Source: an uncultured Nitrospinaceae bacterium (GTDB lineage Bacteria; UBA8248). Taken from it: 64,000 bases of DNA. The position numbers were made by a program, and so were the translations under genes. Below, piece after piece: positions 23,355 to 33,501 of this stretch. Positions within the stretch are counted from its first letter, which is position 1; the number at the start of each line of letters is the position of its first letter. The notes under the pieces are model-generated. The model saw only the letters and a list, made by a program, of their open reading frames with translations, had not been told where the DNA came from and ran no database searches. The stretch covers positions 1-64,000 of the forward strand of contig CAXFSR010000016.1 of NCBI GenBank assembly GCA_964005815.1. The letters are read 5' to 3'.

Positions 23355-24212
23355 CTAATCGAAAAATAGATGATGAATAGTAATATCGAAAGGAATCTTC
23401 AAATTAAATGCATCTTTTTGAATAGAATCAAACATTGAACTGTTTAGTTCTTCAATTTCAATCTTCAAATGTGCTTTATTTTTCGGATTAACTATTAAAA
23501 TAGTTTTAGGAAATTGTATTCCATCAATTTTTTGATAAGAAAGATAACGAACAAATAATTTTTGACCAGATATATCAATTTTAACTTTACTTGGCATTAA
23601 AGAAGTTTTATAAATCCAAAATGTTCTAGAGTTCTTCATATCTTTCATTATAGGATGTAAGACTCCTTCTGCCTTATCGAATCTATAGTTCTTGGGTTCA
23701 AACTTTGGTCTTAAAACACTCAAGATTTCAAGAAAAATATCTAACTCTACAGGAATGCCAAACAAATTATTCATTGTTTTTCTGGTAAAATCTCCTACAT
23801 ATAGTTTCTGTTTTGTAATATTAAATATCTTTAGACTCTTTCCGTTTGCAACGACAGAAAAAAAAGGATTTCCGAAAGGACTTAAAATTTCCATCCTAAA
23901 CGAATTTGGTTTTTTCCAAACAAGAAATGCGTTTCCGGAAAAAGTTCCTTCTTCAAATCCAATTCCTTGATGAAAAAGACTTTCACTTTTTTCGGATTCA
24001 GGAAAAAAAATCTCAAAGGAAACTAAAGTACTAAGAGATCGGATAGACCTATTAGATTTTATTTTCTTAAAAACCTGTCCTTTTCCAGGGAAAAATTCTG
24101 TCTTGTCTTTAAGAAAATTATTTATACTACATGAACTTAATAAAATTCCCAAAAAAAGGAAAAGGAGCATTTTATGAAAATATATTTTACTTTTCTTTAA
24201 ATTTTCAATCAT
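23355..24212 (-). CDS. Putative lipoprotein, LolB-like/DUF4292
   Basis: Lipobox LSSC; P..FRMEILSPFG motif; sits in the lolB position between a TPR protein and ispE. Confidence 0.6.
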   Translation of the reverse strand: MIENLKKSKIYFHKMLLFLFLGILLSSCSINNFLKDKTEFFPGKGQVFKKIKSNRSIRSLSTLVSFEIFFPESEKSESLFHQGIGFEEGTFSGNAFLVWKKPNSFRMEILSPFGNPFFSVVANGKSLKIFNITKQKLYVGDFTRKTMNNLFGIPVELDIFLEILSVLRPKFEPKNYRFDKAEGVLHPIMKDMKNSRTFWIYKTSLMPSKVKIDISGQKLFVRYLSYQKIDGIQFPKTILIVNPKNKAHLKIEIEELNSSMFDSIQKDAFNLKIPFDITIHHLFFD

Positions 24213-25918
24213 TGATTTCTACGTTTCAAATAAAGTTTAATTTTTTCCTTAATTCTCATGGAATCTCTTGAACCTTTTTTTATCGATTTTTTCCAGAAAA
24301 AAATAGCTTTGTTATTCTTTTTCAGAGCGAGATAAATATCCCCTAAATGTTCAAGAACTACGGGATCATTTGGAAGTTTCTTGTATGCAATCAATACTTT
24401 TTCGAGTGCCTCCTCAAATTTTCCCTGCCTGAAATATACCCATCCTATACTATCCAAGAAAGCAGGATTATTTGGCTCTTTCTCCAAAGCCTTAATAATA
24501 AGTTCTTCAGCCTTTTTTATTTTTATATTTAATTCTGAGTACATATAACCTAGCAGATTTAATGCATTTGGGTTGTCGGGTGCAATCGATAATATTTTTT
24601 TCACCTCCAACTCTACCTGTTTCCACATCTTTGTTTCATAATAGGCTGTAGATAAGTAATATCGGTATTGTAGGTTTTTTGGTTCTTTTTTTACTGCCAT
24701 TTTCAAAATCTTTATTGCTTTCTTTTTCTCTCCTTTTTTAGAAAGAAATTTACCCCGCAAAAAATAAACTTTTGACTCTTGAGGATATAACCTATTCATA
24801 TCATCCAAGATATAAAACGCCTTCTTCCAATCTCCTGTTTTTGCATGAAGAATAGAAAGTTCAAGACTGATCTCTAAATCAGAACCTTGAATTTTAAGAT
24901 ATGACAATAGTTCTTTTTTTGCAGAATCAATACGACCAAGTCTTTCATATATTCTAGAGACGAACAATCTCGCCTCCTGATCTCTTGGGTTTTTATTAAT
25001 AACAAAACGAAATTCAGAAAGTGCTCGTGTGTAATTACCCTTTTTATAGTAAAGGATTCCTAACACACTATGTATTTGCATATTTCCAGGTGTTTCTTTT
25101 TTTATCGATTCAAATTCATCGATTGCACGACTATATTTTTGATCTTTTATAAAAAGCTGACCTAATCTGTAACGAGCTAACTGATTATTGGGAACAATTT
25201 TCAAGAATCTTTTATATATAATCTGAGCTTGTGTAAACAAACCCTGTTTCTCATACAAACTACCTAGAAGAAATAGACCTGCTTTATAATTAGGATTGAT
25301 TTTCAATAATTTAATTATATTTCTTTGAGACTCTTTAAAATTTCCAGAAAGATAATACGCCTTTGAAATATAAAATAAGACCAAAACATTTTTAGGTCGC
25401 CTTTCTTTAATTTTATCAAGCAACCTTATTGACTGATCATATTTTTTAATTTCAATCAAAACACTTGAAAGCAACAATTTGGATTCGAAATGTTCTGAAT
25501 TTATTTCAATTGATCTTTTATAATATTTTTCTGCTAAAGAATATCTCTTTGAGGAATTATACAATCCACCCAAGATAAAATTAGCCCTAAAGTTTTCGGG
25601 GTTCTTCCCTAATGCTTTCAAAGCATTTTTTTCTGCCTTATCTATATCTCCCTGTCGCAAATTCAATTCAGACATACGTAAGTATAAGAACGAGGAATTA
25701 GGGTCACTCCTTAAAGCTCTCTGGTAAAGGAATTTTGCGGAATCAAACCTACCTTTCAATTCCTCCATATATCCATCCATGAAATCTTTATATGATTCAG
25801 CAGTAGAAGAAATTTCTTTTAACGGAGGTGTGAATTTCTTTCCAAAATCAGAAGAGACACAACCAGACAGAAAAAAGATTATTACAAGAAATTGAAGTCG
25901 TATTAAATTCCAAATCAT
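24209..25918 (-). CDS. TPR-repeat lipoprotein
   Basis: Lipobox LSGC; many TPR repeats; C-terminal LNLLGY...A...EPNN.AFLDS.GW...EHLGD typical of the TPR protein upstream of lolB/ispE. Confidence 0.85.
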   Translation of the reverse strand: MIWNLIRLQFLVIIFFLSGCVSSDFGKKFTPPLKEISSTAESYKDFMDGYMEELKGRFDSAKFLYQRALRSDPNSSFLYLRMSELNLRQGDIDKAEKNALKALGKNPENFRANFILGGLYNSSKRYSLAEKYYKRSIEINSEHFESKLLLSSVLIEIKKYDQSIRLLDKIKERRPKNVLVLFYISKAYYLSGNFKESQRNIIKLLKINPNYKAGLFLLGSLYEKQGLFTQAQIIYKRFLKIVPNNQLARYRLGQLFIKDQKYSRAIDEFESIKKETPGNMQIHSVLGILYYKKGNYTRALSEFRFVINKNPRDQEARLFVSRIYERLGRIDSAKKELLSYLKIQGSDLEISLELSILHAKTGDWKKAFYILDDMNRLYPQESKVYFLRGKFLSKKGEKKKAIKILKMAVKKEPKNLQYRYYLSTAYYETKMWKQVELEVKKILSIAPDNPNALNLLGYMYSELNIKIKKAEELIIKALEKEPNNPAFLDSIGWVYFRQGKFEEALEKVLIAYKKLPNDPVVLEHLGDIYLALKKNNKAIFFWKKSIKKGSRDSMRIKEKIKLYLKRRNQ

Positions 25919-26406
25919 CTATCTTCTGCTTTCTTTATTTTGACTAACAATTTTTTAGCCATTTCTCTAAATTCCATATCATCAATTTCATCGATCAATT
26001 TGTTTGCTTTCTCTTCATCTCTTTCAGAAATAGACTCTGGTTGATATTTCTCTTTAATTTCAGATTTATTTTTAGAATTTTTCAAGGAACCCAAAGGTTC
26101 GCTAGAAAGAACAAATCTAATTTCTTTGATCTTTTTACTTCCTAGAGTTTCGTTCAATTTTTCTCTTAGTTCTTCTGCTTCAGACTGTAATTGCGCCAAC
26201 CAAATACTTTCTTCAACTTCCACAAAAATTTTCTTTCCCCTAAGAAGAGAGGGCCTTGCAATTTTCGAAATGTCTGGGCCTACTATCTCGCACCATGCAT
26301 TCAAAATCTCACTTAAAGTGAAACGTTTGGCCCAAGACTCTTTGCGACCCAAAGAATTTAAAATTTCTTCTATTTTCCTAAATTTGCTAAACCTAAAATT
26401 TCTCAA
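25915..26406 (-). CDS. DUF721 / DciA-family protein
   Basis: W.EIVG..I...ARP......I.V.V..S.W..QL......LN......I.EIRF pattern. Start TTG 26406 (GGTG SD) or 26433. Confidence 0.75.
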   Translation of the reverse strand: MRNFRFSKFRKIEEILNSLGRKESWAKRFTLSEILNAWCEIVGPDISKIARPSLLRGKKIFVEVEESIWLAQLQSEAEELREKLNETLGSKKIKEIRFVLSSEPLGSLKNSKNKSEIKEKYQPESISERDEEKANKLIDEIDDMEFREMAKKLLVKIKKAEDR

Positions 26407-26438
26407 AATTTCACCAAAAAAGAGACGAAACAAACTAG

Positions 26439-27086
26439 CTAAGACAAATCTGTAATTGTCTCCATAACTTTCTCAATAATCTTTGTGCTCGACTCCTTGA
26501 CACTCGGATTTTCATACTCTTCATTTAAATTTATAGGTGGACCGAACCTAATCTCAACCTTTACACCAAACCTAGGAAAAATCTTCCCTACAGGAATGAG
26601 TCTTTCTGTTCCTTTGACTAGAACAGGAACAACGGCAGGTTTTGTAGCCTTTATGATTCTTCCGACCATTCTATTTCCAGGTTTTATCTTACTATCAACA
26701 CTTCTCGTACCCTCCGGATAAAGAACTACTTTACTTTCTATTATGTGTTTCTCAATTGATCTGATTGAACTTAAATTTCCACTCCCTCGTTTTATAGGGA
26801 ATCCACCTATTTTCTTTAAGTACCATCCAATAAATGGAATAGAAAAAAGCTCTTGTTTGCCAGCCTGACGAATATATTCATCGGGGTACTTTGTATAAAT
26901 AGCCCAAGGAACTAAAAAAACATCAAAAGCAGAAAGATGGTTGCTTAAGAAGAGTACTCTTTTTCCATGAGGAATATTTTCTTGACCAAAAACCTTACAA
27001 TCCACAAAAAAACGAATAAAAAACCTAACTATTTGAAAACTAGATGCAAGAATGAATCTGTCGTATAATCTGTCTAGCCCGCCCAT
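26439..27086 (-). CDS. plsC: 1-acyl-sn-glycerol-3-phosphate acyltransferase (PlsC family)
   Basis: NHLSAFD (NHxxxxD), K.ELF.IP, FPIKRG and YPEGTRS. Confidence 0.88.
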   Translation of the reverse strand: MGGLDRLYDRFILASSFQIVRFFIRFFVDCKVFGQENIPHGKRVLFLSNHLSAFDVFLVPWAIYTKYPDEYIRQAGKQELFSIPFIGWYLKKIGGFPIKRGSGNLSSIRSIEKHIIESKVVLYPEGTRSVDSKIKPGNRMVGRIIKATKPAVVPVLVKGTERLIPVGKIFPRFGVKVEIRFGPPINLNEEYENPSVKESSTKIIEKVMETITDLS

Positions 27087-27260
27087 TATTCGCAACCTTT
27101 TATAAACTATTTAATTCATCCCTGTCATTTATCAACAAAAAAGGATGTGTCATTATACACTTTTATTCGCCCAATATTATCATTTTATACTTTAAGAGTT
27201 TTCAAGAAAACTAACCTTTGATAGACACAAATTACAAATCGATTAAATAGGACATAATTT

Positions 27261-28637
27261 ATGAAGAAGTTAAATGAATCTATTTTTAGAGAATACGATA
27301 TCAGAGGAATCGTCCCCAAAGATTTAAACTCAAAGACTGTACTTAATTTAGGTAAGGCCATTGGAAAATATTTTGTTAGTAAAAAAGTGGTCGCCATAGC
27401 TGTAGGACATGACTGCCGACTCTCTTCACCAAAATTTTACGAATCTTTCAGAAAAGGGGTACTACATTCGGGATGTAATGTAATAGGTGTGGGAATGGTC
27501 CCTACACCATGTCTGTCTTTTGCTACACAATTTTTAGATGTAGGAGGCGGTGTACAAATAACTGGAAGCCATAATCCAAAAGATTACAATGGATTCAAGA
27601 TCACATTGGGAAAAGAATCAGTTCATGGGCAAGAAATTAAAAAAATCTATCAATACACAAAAGAAAAATCAAAAAAAAAGTTGTCTAAACCAGGAATATT
27701 TCAGAAGAAAAACATAAAAACTAAATATATACAGAGAGCAACAGAAAACTTGCAAGTAAGCAGAAAAATAAAAGTTGTAATAGATTCAGGAAACGGTGTT
27801 GGGGGTGAATTGGCCTGCAAAGTTCTAAGAAAAATTGGAGCAACCGTCCATGGTTTATTTATAAAACCAGATGGGAATTTTCCAAACCATCATCCAGATC
27901 CTACTGTAGACAGCAACCTTACTTCCCTTATAAAAAAAGTTCAAAAAACAAAATCCGAAATAGGTATAGCACTTGATGGAGATGCAGATAGAATTGTCGT
28001 TGTTGATTCAAAAGGTGAAATTATGAGGGGAGACGAACTTTTAATAATTCTCTCTAAATCTGTATTGGAAAAAAAGCCAGGAGCATCAATCGTGTTTGAC
28101 GTCAAATGCTCTTCTCGTCTTTCAGATGCTATCAAAAAAATGAGAGGGAAACCTATCATGTCTCCCACAGGTCATTCCTTAGTCAGAGATAGAATGAACA
28201 AAGAAGGAGCGCTGCTCGGCGGAGAACTCTCCGGACATATTTTCTTTTCAGACGAATACTATGGATTTGACGATGCTATATATACTTCTGCGCGCTTAGT
28301 TTCTTACCTTTCAAGATTCAGAAAAAATTTATCAGATATCAGAAAAGAAATTCCGTTATCTGTTTCAACTCCTGAAATAAGGATTCCTTGCAAAGACGAC
28401 AGAATCAAATTCAGCATAGTCAAGAAATTAAAATTGGTTTTCAAGGATAAGTACAAAATAAATGAAATAGACGGAATACGAATCACTTTCAGAGGTGGAT
28501 GGGCGTTAATAAGAGCTTCAAACACTGAACCTGTAATAGTTCTAAGATTCGAAGCTAAAAATAAAGTATTGCTGTCAACTTATGAAAAAATAGTTTATGA
28601 AAAATTAAATCAATTCGGGGTAAAAAACTTAAGATGA
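27261..28637 (+). CDS. Phosphomannomutase/phosphoglucomutase (AlgC type)
   Basis: FREYDIRG, ITGSHNP, FPNHHPDP, DGDADR, GELSGH and RASNTEP. Confidence 0.95.
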   Translation: MKKLNESIFREYDIRGIVPKDLNSKTVLNLGKAIGKYFVSKKVVAIAVGHDCRLSSPKFYESFRKGVLHSGCNVIGVGMVPTPCLSFATQFLDVGGGVQITGSHNPKDYNGFKITLGKESVHGQEIKKIYQYTKEKSKKKLSKPGIFQKKNIKTKYIQRATENLQVSRKIKVVIDSGNGVGGELACKVLRKIGATVHGLFIKPDGNFPNHHPDPTVDSNLTSLIKKVQKTKSEIGIALDGDADRIVVVDSKGEIMRGDELLIILSKSVLEKKPGASIVFDVKCSSRLSDAIKKMRGKPIMSPTGHSLVRDRMNKEGALLGGELSGHIFFSDEYYGFDDAIYTSARLVSYLSRFRKNLSDIRKEIPLSVSTPEIRIPCKDDRIKFSIVKKLKLVFKDKYKINEIDGIRITFRGGWALIRASNTEPVIVLRFEAKNKVLLSTYEKIVYEKLNQFGVKNLR

Positions 28638-29221
28638 ACATTGCAAAAAACACATACGACTGGGTTTTGAATTGGGCTTCAACCCCATACGCTTTATATG
28701 CATTAGTCCTTCTCTCTTTTACAGAATCTTTCTTTTTTCCAATACCACCTGATATTCTTCTAATCGCAATTGCTTTTTCTAAACCAAAACATTCTTTTTT
28801 CTACGCCGGACTTTGTTCTTTTGCTTCTGTCATTGGTGGGATAGTAGGATATATTATTGGTTATTATTTGTTTGAATCAATAGGAAAATTAATTTTCGAC
28901 TTGTACGGTGGGATCAATGAATTTGAAACTGTAAAAGAATATTATAACTCTAAAGGGGCATGGATGGTTCTAATAGGAGGATTTACTCCCGTACCCTATA
29001 AATTAATTACAATTGCTTCTGGAGTATTCCTTTTAGATTTTAAAATTTTTCTTCTGTGTTCAGTGATAAGTCGTTCTGCTAGATTTTTCTTAGAATGCTT
29101 GTTGATTTTTTATTTTGGTGAAAAAATACGTTTTATATTGGAAAAGTATTTCAATCTTTTTACAATCCTTCTTTTCGTGACTGTTATTTTAGGCTTTCTC
29201 CTTTTTAGGGTCATTTTATAA
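28634..29221 (+). CDS. YqaA/DedA (VTT-domain) membrane protein
   Basis: SFTESFFFPIPPD and GFTPVPYKLITIASG. Confidence 0.88.
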   Translation: MNIAKNTYDWVLNWASTPYALYALVLLSFTESFFFPIPPDILLIAIAFSKPKHSFFYAGLCSFASVIGGIVGYIIGYYLFESIGKLIFDLYGGINEFETVKEYYNSKGAWMVLIGGFTPVPYKLITIASGVFLLDFKIFLLCSVISRSARFFLECLLIFYFGEKIRFILEKYFNLFTILLFVTVILGFLLFRVIL

Positions 29222-30361
29222 TTGGCAGATAAAAACAAATTACTTTGGGCATTAATTATGGCAGGAGGAAACGGAACTCGTCTTTGGCCTTTAAGTACGC
29301 CAAAAAAACCAAAACAGTTTTTAGATCTTTCTGAATCAAATCTGTTTCAAAAAAATAAGACGAAAATTTCCAAGGAGAACTTACTGGAACAAACTATCGA
29401 AAGAGTTAAGGGGATCATTCCTAATGAAAGAATTCTTATTGCAGGATCAAGCAATCATAGAAAACTAATACAAAAATCATCTAGAGGAATACCCAAATCA
29501 AATTTAATCTTTGAACCAGAGAGTAGAAATACAGCTACAACAATTTGTTTAGCTTCCCATTTAATTAAAGAAATTGATTCCAACGCTATAATGACAGTAC
29601 TTCCTTCTGACCATTATATTGGTAATCTAAGTTTATTTAGAAGAATTCTAAATAAAGGGACTCAATATGCTAAAGAAGATAAAATTATCACTCTTGGAAT
29701 AGAACCAACTTCCCCTGAAGTTGGTTTTGGATACATAGAGAAAGGTAATAAAATCTTCACTTCAAAAACAATAAACACTCATGAAATAAAAAGTTTTAAA
29801 GAAAAACCAGTTCTAAAACAGGCTCAATCATTTCTTAAGTCGAAACGGTTCTTGTGGAATGGTGGATATTTTATTTTAAAAGTATCTAAAGGATTAGAAG
29901 AATTAAAAAGATTTGAACCGAAAATATATGCATATACCAAAGAAGCCTCTTTCTTTCTAAAAAAACGAAATATTTCAAAATTTAACACCGTTTTCAAACA
30001 GTGCAAAAAAATAAGTTTCGACCATGCCATTATGGAAAAAACTAAAGATTTAATTGTTATTTCAAGTAATTTAGAATGGAATGATTTAGGTTCATGGGCG
30101 TCATTTGATAAAATCTTCAAAAACGATAGCAACAAAAATACGTGGTTAGTCGACAAAAACACCAATATAATTTCTGAAAATTCTCAGGATTTAGTTATTG
30201 GCACTAATAAAAAATTTGTAATTGCTTCTGACGTAAAAGATTTAATAATCATAGAGCATGGCGATGGTTTGCTAATCTGTAGAAAAAGCAAAGCAAACAA
30301 GATAGGTATCTTCGCGAACAAAATGGAAAAATCTTTCTCCAAAAAAATAGATAAAAAATGA
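29222..30361 (+). CDS. manC: Mannose-1-phosphate guanylyltransferase (no C-terminal cupin/PMI domain)
   Basis: MAGGNGTRLWPLS...PKQF, EP..RNTA, PSDH, GFGYI, FKEKP, WNGG and WNDLGSW; TTG start. Confidence 0.9.
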   Translation: MADKNKLLWALIMAGGNGTRLWPLSTPKKPKQFLDLSESNLFQKNKTKISKENLLEQTIERVKGIIPNERILIAGSSNHRKLIQKSSRGIPKSNLIFEPESRNTATTICLASHLIKEIDSNAIMTVLPSDHYIGNLSLFRRILNKGTQYAKEDKIITLGIEPTSPEVGFGYIEKGNKIFTSKTINTHEIKSFKEKPVLKQAQSFLKSKRFLWNGGYFILKVSKGLEELKRFEPKIYAYTKEASFFLKKRNISKFNTVFKQCKKISFDHAIMEKTKDLIVISSNLEWNDLGSWASFDKIFKNDSNKNTWLVDKNTNIISENSQDLVIGTNKKFVIASDVKDLIIIEHGDGLLICRKSKANKIGIFANKMEKSFSKKIDKK

Positions 30362-31167
30362 CGAATGCCTCTGGAAATTTTTTTGAGATTTTTCTTCTTG
30401 GTTTAATTCAAGGAATAACTGAATTTTTTCCTGTCAGTAGTTCTGGTCATCTTGTAATTGGCCAAAAGATTTTTTCACTCGAGTTCCCAAATTCATCTTT
30501 TGAAATTCTTCTGCATTTTGGAACATTAATTTCTATTTTAATTTTCTTTTGGAAAGATATCAAAAACATTATTGTTGAAATGTACAAAGAGTGTTTAGAC
30601 TACAAAAAAGGATCATATCAATTTAACTCAATAGGATGGTTAATATTAGTTGCAACCCTCCCAGTAGCTTTTTTTGGATTCTTATTTGAAGATTTCTTCG
30701 ATTCTTTATTCAACAAAACTAAAATTGTAGGCTTTTCTTTAATACTTACTGGAACATTCTTATACGCATCTTCTAAATTCAAATTTACTAATTTACCCAA
30801 AACACTTAATTGGAAACAAGCACTTTTAATTGGTCTTATTCAAGTTTTTGCCTTAATCCCTGGCATCTCAAGATCAGGATTTGTTATAGCTTCAGGTATT
30901 ATTCTAGGTATGGGAAGGACTGATGCAACTAAATTTAGTTTATTGCTCGGAATTCCTACAATAGGAGGAGCAGTCATTGTAAAATCAATCGCTATATCAA
31001 AACTTAAAGAAATCCCATGGGAAGTATACACAATAGGAATCCTTACCTCTTGTTTAATAGGAATTTTAGCGATCTCTTTACTTATGAAAGCTGCAAAAAA
31101 AACAAACTTCAAATTATTCGCTATATATTGTTTTCTAATAGGTCTAACTACCCTCTTTTTTTTCTAG
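30358..31167 (+). CDS. uppP: Undecaprenyl-diphosphate phosphatase (BacA/UppP)
   Basis: QGITEFFPVSSSGH, HFGT and PGISRSG. Confidence 0.95.
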   Translation: MTNASGNFFEIFLLGLIQGITEFFPVSSSGHLVIGQKIFSLEFPNSSFEILLHFGTLISILIFFWKDIKNIIVEMYKECLDYKKGSYQFNSIGWLILVATLPVAFFGFLFEDFFDSLFNKTKIVGFSLILTGTFLYASSKFKFTNLPKTLNWKQALLIGLIQVFALIPGISRSGFVIASGIILGMGRTDATKFSLLLGIPTIGGAVIVKSIAISKLKEIPWEVYTIGILTSCLIGILAISLLMKAAKKTNFKLFAIYCFLIGLTTLFFF

Positions 31168-31175
31168 GAAATTAT

Positions 31176-31790
31176 CTATCGCATTTCCGAAAAAGGAGCA
31201 GGTATCCATATTTCTGTATTTTGTTTAGCAATAAATGGTCTTGACCCTGGAGGCCAATTTGGCATTTTATGAGTTTCTATTCGAACATCCATCCTATGAT
31301 TCAAATCTCTATAAGGCCAAACATGAATAAATTCGTTTAATGTACCCATATCACTCATAAAACATGCTGCTAACGGTGACACTGCTTCCCTAGAGGCAAT
31401 CTCTTTCTCCCATCTTGACGTTACTTCTAACATTTTTCCAGTGAAAATTGTATAAGTTCGAAATTCATAAAAATTACCCAACTCACCAGTCATTGGCTCC
31501 TTTTTAAAACTCGGGGTAGTTAACATTTTAGTAACTTGAGATTCAATTATATGAGCGTTCTTTGGTGGCCACCATGATTTTCCACTTAATTGAACACGAA
31601 CATCGTCTCTATGCGCAGAATTTTCGTACTCCCAAATATGCATCACACGATTTAGGTCTCCGATTTCCGAATGGAAAAAACCAACCATTCGGGAAAATTT
31701 CTGCCTTTCTTCTATAACTTTTGAAAAATTTTCTTCAAACTCCTGTACAGTACCTACTTTCAGCTCGTAAGTTCTCATTTCATAAATCAT
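31176..31790 (-). CDS. NIPSNAP-family protein with two domains
   Basis: Two repeats of YE.RTY....G and (H/M)S(E/D).G.LN...H.W.Y; ends PAPFSEMR. Confidence 0.88.
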   Translation of the reverse strand: MIYEMRTYELKVGTVQEFEENFSKVIEERQKFSRMVGFFHSEIGDLNRVMHIWEYENSAHRDDVRVQLSGKSWWPPKNAHIIESQVTKMLTTPSFKKEPMTGELGNFYEFRTYTIFTGKMLEVTSRWEKEIASREAVSPLAACFMSDMGTLNEFIHVWPYRDLNHRMDVRIETHKMPNWPPGSRPFIAKQNTEIWIPAPFSEMR

Positions 31791-31824
31791 TAAATTTCCT
31801 CCAAAATAAATAAAAAAAGTAAAA

Positions 31825-32394
31825 TCAAGAAGCTGATTTTACTCGTTCCACATATTCTCCCGTCCGAGTATCTATTTTAAGAAGATCTCCTTGGTTAACA
31901 AAAAGTGGAACATTAACTACTGCTCCACTTTCTAATTCTGCTATCTTTGAACCACCTGTTGCAGTATCTCCCTTGAATCCCGGTTCTGTTTTGGAAATCA
32001 AAAGCTCTACAAATGTGGGTAATTCAACTGTAATTGGTTCAGCATTATAAAAAAGAATATTTACGATTGTTTCTTCTTTCAATAAATTGTCTGTTTCCCC
32101 AAGTTGTGATCTGTCAAGTCCAATTTGTTCAAAAGTATTTGTGTCCATAAAATTGAAAACATCACCCTCTCTATAAAGGAATTGCATACTCTTCTCTTCA
32201 AGTGAAGGTGAGCCAACACTTTCCCCTGAACGAAATGTTCTATCTATAACACGACCATTTTTCAAATTTTTCAGTTTTGTTCTGACAAAGGCTCCACCTT
32301 TCCCAGGCTTAACATGCTGAAATTCAATTATGGAGAAAGGATCTCCTTCTATTTCTAATTTAAGACCATTTCTAAATTCATTTGTTGATGGCAT
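31825..32394 (-). CDS. efp: Elongation factor P
   Basis: HVKPGKGGAFVR, PGFKGDTA, VPLFV and DTRTGEY. Confidence 0.98.
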   Translation of the reverse strand: MPSTNEFRNGLKLEIEGDPFSIIEFQHVKPGKGGAFVRTKLKNLKNGRVIDRTFRSGESVGSPSLEEKSMQFLYREGDVFNFMDTNTFEQIGLDRSQLGETDNLLKEETIVNILFYNAEPITVELPTFVELLISKTEPGFKGDTATGGSKIAELESGAVVNVPLFVNQGDLLKIDTRTGEYVERVKSAS

Positions 32395-32419
32395 GACCTA
32401 AATCTCTCCTAGACGAAAA

Positions 32420-33490
32420 TTAACAGACAATTAATTCTTTCGAAATATCAGAAGTTATAATTTCTTTTCCTTTTTCAGTTACTAAAATCATATCCTCTAC
32501 TCTTACTCCCCCCCAACCTTGAAGATAGATTCCTGGCTCAATAGTTAAAATCATATTTGGTTGAAGGATAGCATCTTGATTCGGTGCAATTCTTGGTGCC
32601 TCATGAATAAAAAGCCCTAAACCATGACCAGTACCATGACCAAAGAATTCTCCATATCCTTCTTTTTGAATTATTTTCCTTGCAACAGAATCTACTTCTC
32701 CACATTTAACACCTGGAGCCACTTTTTCGATAGCAGCTTTTTGGGCACGTAATACAATGTCATAGATTTTTCTAGATTTTTTGCTTGGCTCTCCACAAGA
32801 AAAAACTCTAGTAGTATCCGCGTGATACCCATTTACCACACTACCAAAATCAATTGTTATCAAATTTCCTTTCTTGATTTTTTTTGTACTTGCTAACCCG
32901 TGAGGTAAAGAAGACCTAACTCCTGAGGCAACAATAGTATCAAAAGCATTCCTTTCGGAACCATTTTTCTTCATAGACGATTCAAGAAAATTTGAAAGAT
33001 CTATCTCACTTACACCACTTTTAATTTGAGGGACAAGTTCTGACAATGCTTTTGAATTCACAACAGCAGCTTCTTTGATAAAAGATATTTCTTTTTTATC
33101 TTTAATGATTCTCATCGAATCTACAATTCCAGAACTTGATAGAAACTTAATTTTCCCTAATTTCTTTCTCATTAAAGTAAAATTACGAAAATTAAAACTT
33201 TCATCTTCAAAAAAAAGACGCCTAAAACCCCGACCTTTCACTTCTCGGACAATCAAGTCTAAATAATTATTACCTTCAACAAATCGAAATGACTTATCTA
33301 CCTGTTTTTCATACTGCGTACGATACCGGAAATCGGAAAAGAAAACTGCAACGTTTTGTCCAATCAAACAAAATCCAGTGGAACCAGTAAATCCAGTTAA
33401 ATATCTAACATTCAATGGATTTGAGATTAGCAATAAATTAATACGTTTAGAAGCAAGAATTTTTCGGATTTGTTTTAAACGAGATTTCAA
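32420..33490 (-). CDS. Xaa-Pro aminopeptidase (M24B, YqhT/PapA-like)
   Basis: YLTGFTGS, DFRY, HG, IDFG, D.TR, HGTGHGLG..IHE.P, TIEPGIY and GVRVED; upstream of efp. Confidence 0.92.
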   Translation of the reverse strand: MKSRLKQIRKILASKRINLLLISNPLNVRYLTGFTGSTGFCLIGQNVAVFFSDFRYRTQYEKQVDKSFRFVEGNNYLDLIVREVKGRGFRRLFFEDESFNFRNFTLMRKKLGKIKFLSSSGIVDSMRIIKDKKEISFIKEAAVVNSKALSELVPQIKSGVSEIDLSNFLESSMKKNGSERNAFDTIVASGVRSSLPHGLASTKKIKKGNLITIDFGSVVNGYHADTTRVFSCGEPSKKSRKIYDIVLRAQKAAIEKVAPGVKCGEVDSVARKIIQKEGYGEFFGHGTGHGLGLFIHEAPRIAPNQDAILQPNMILTIEPGIYLQGWGGVRVEDMILVTEKGKEIITSDISKELIVC

Positions 33491-33501
33491 TGATTTTCCT
33501 T

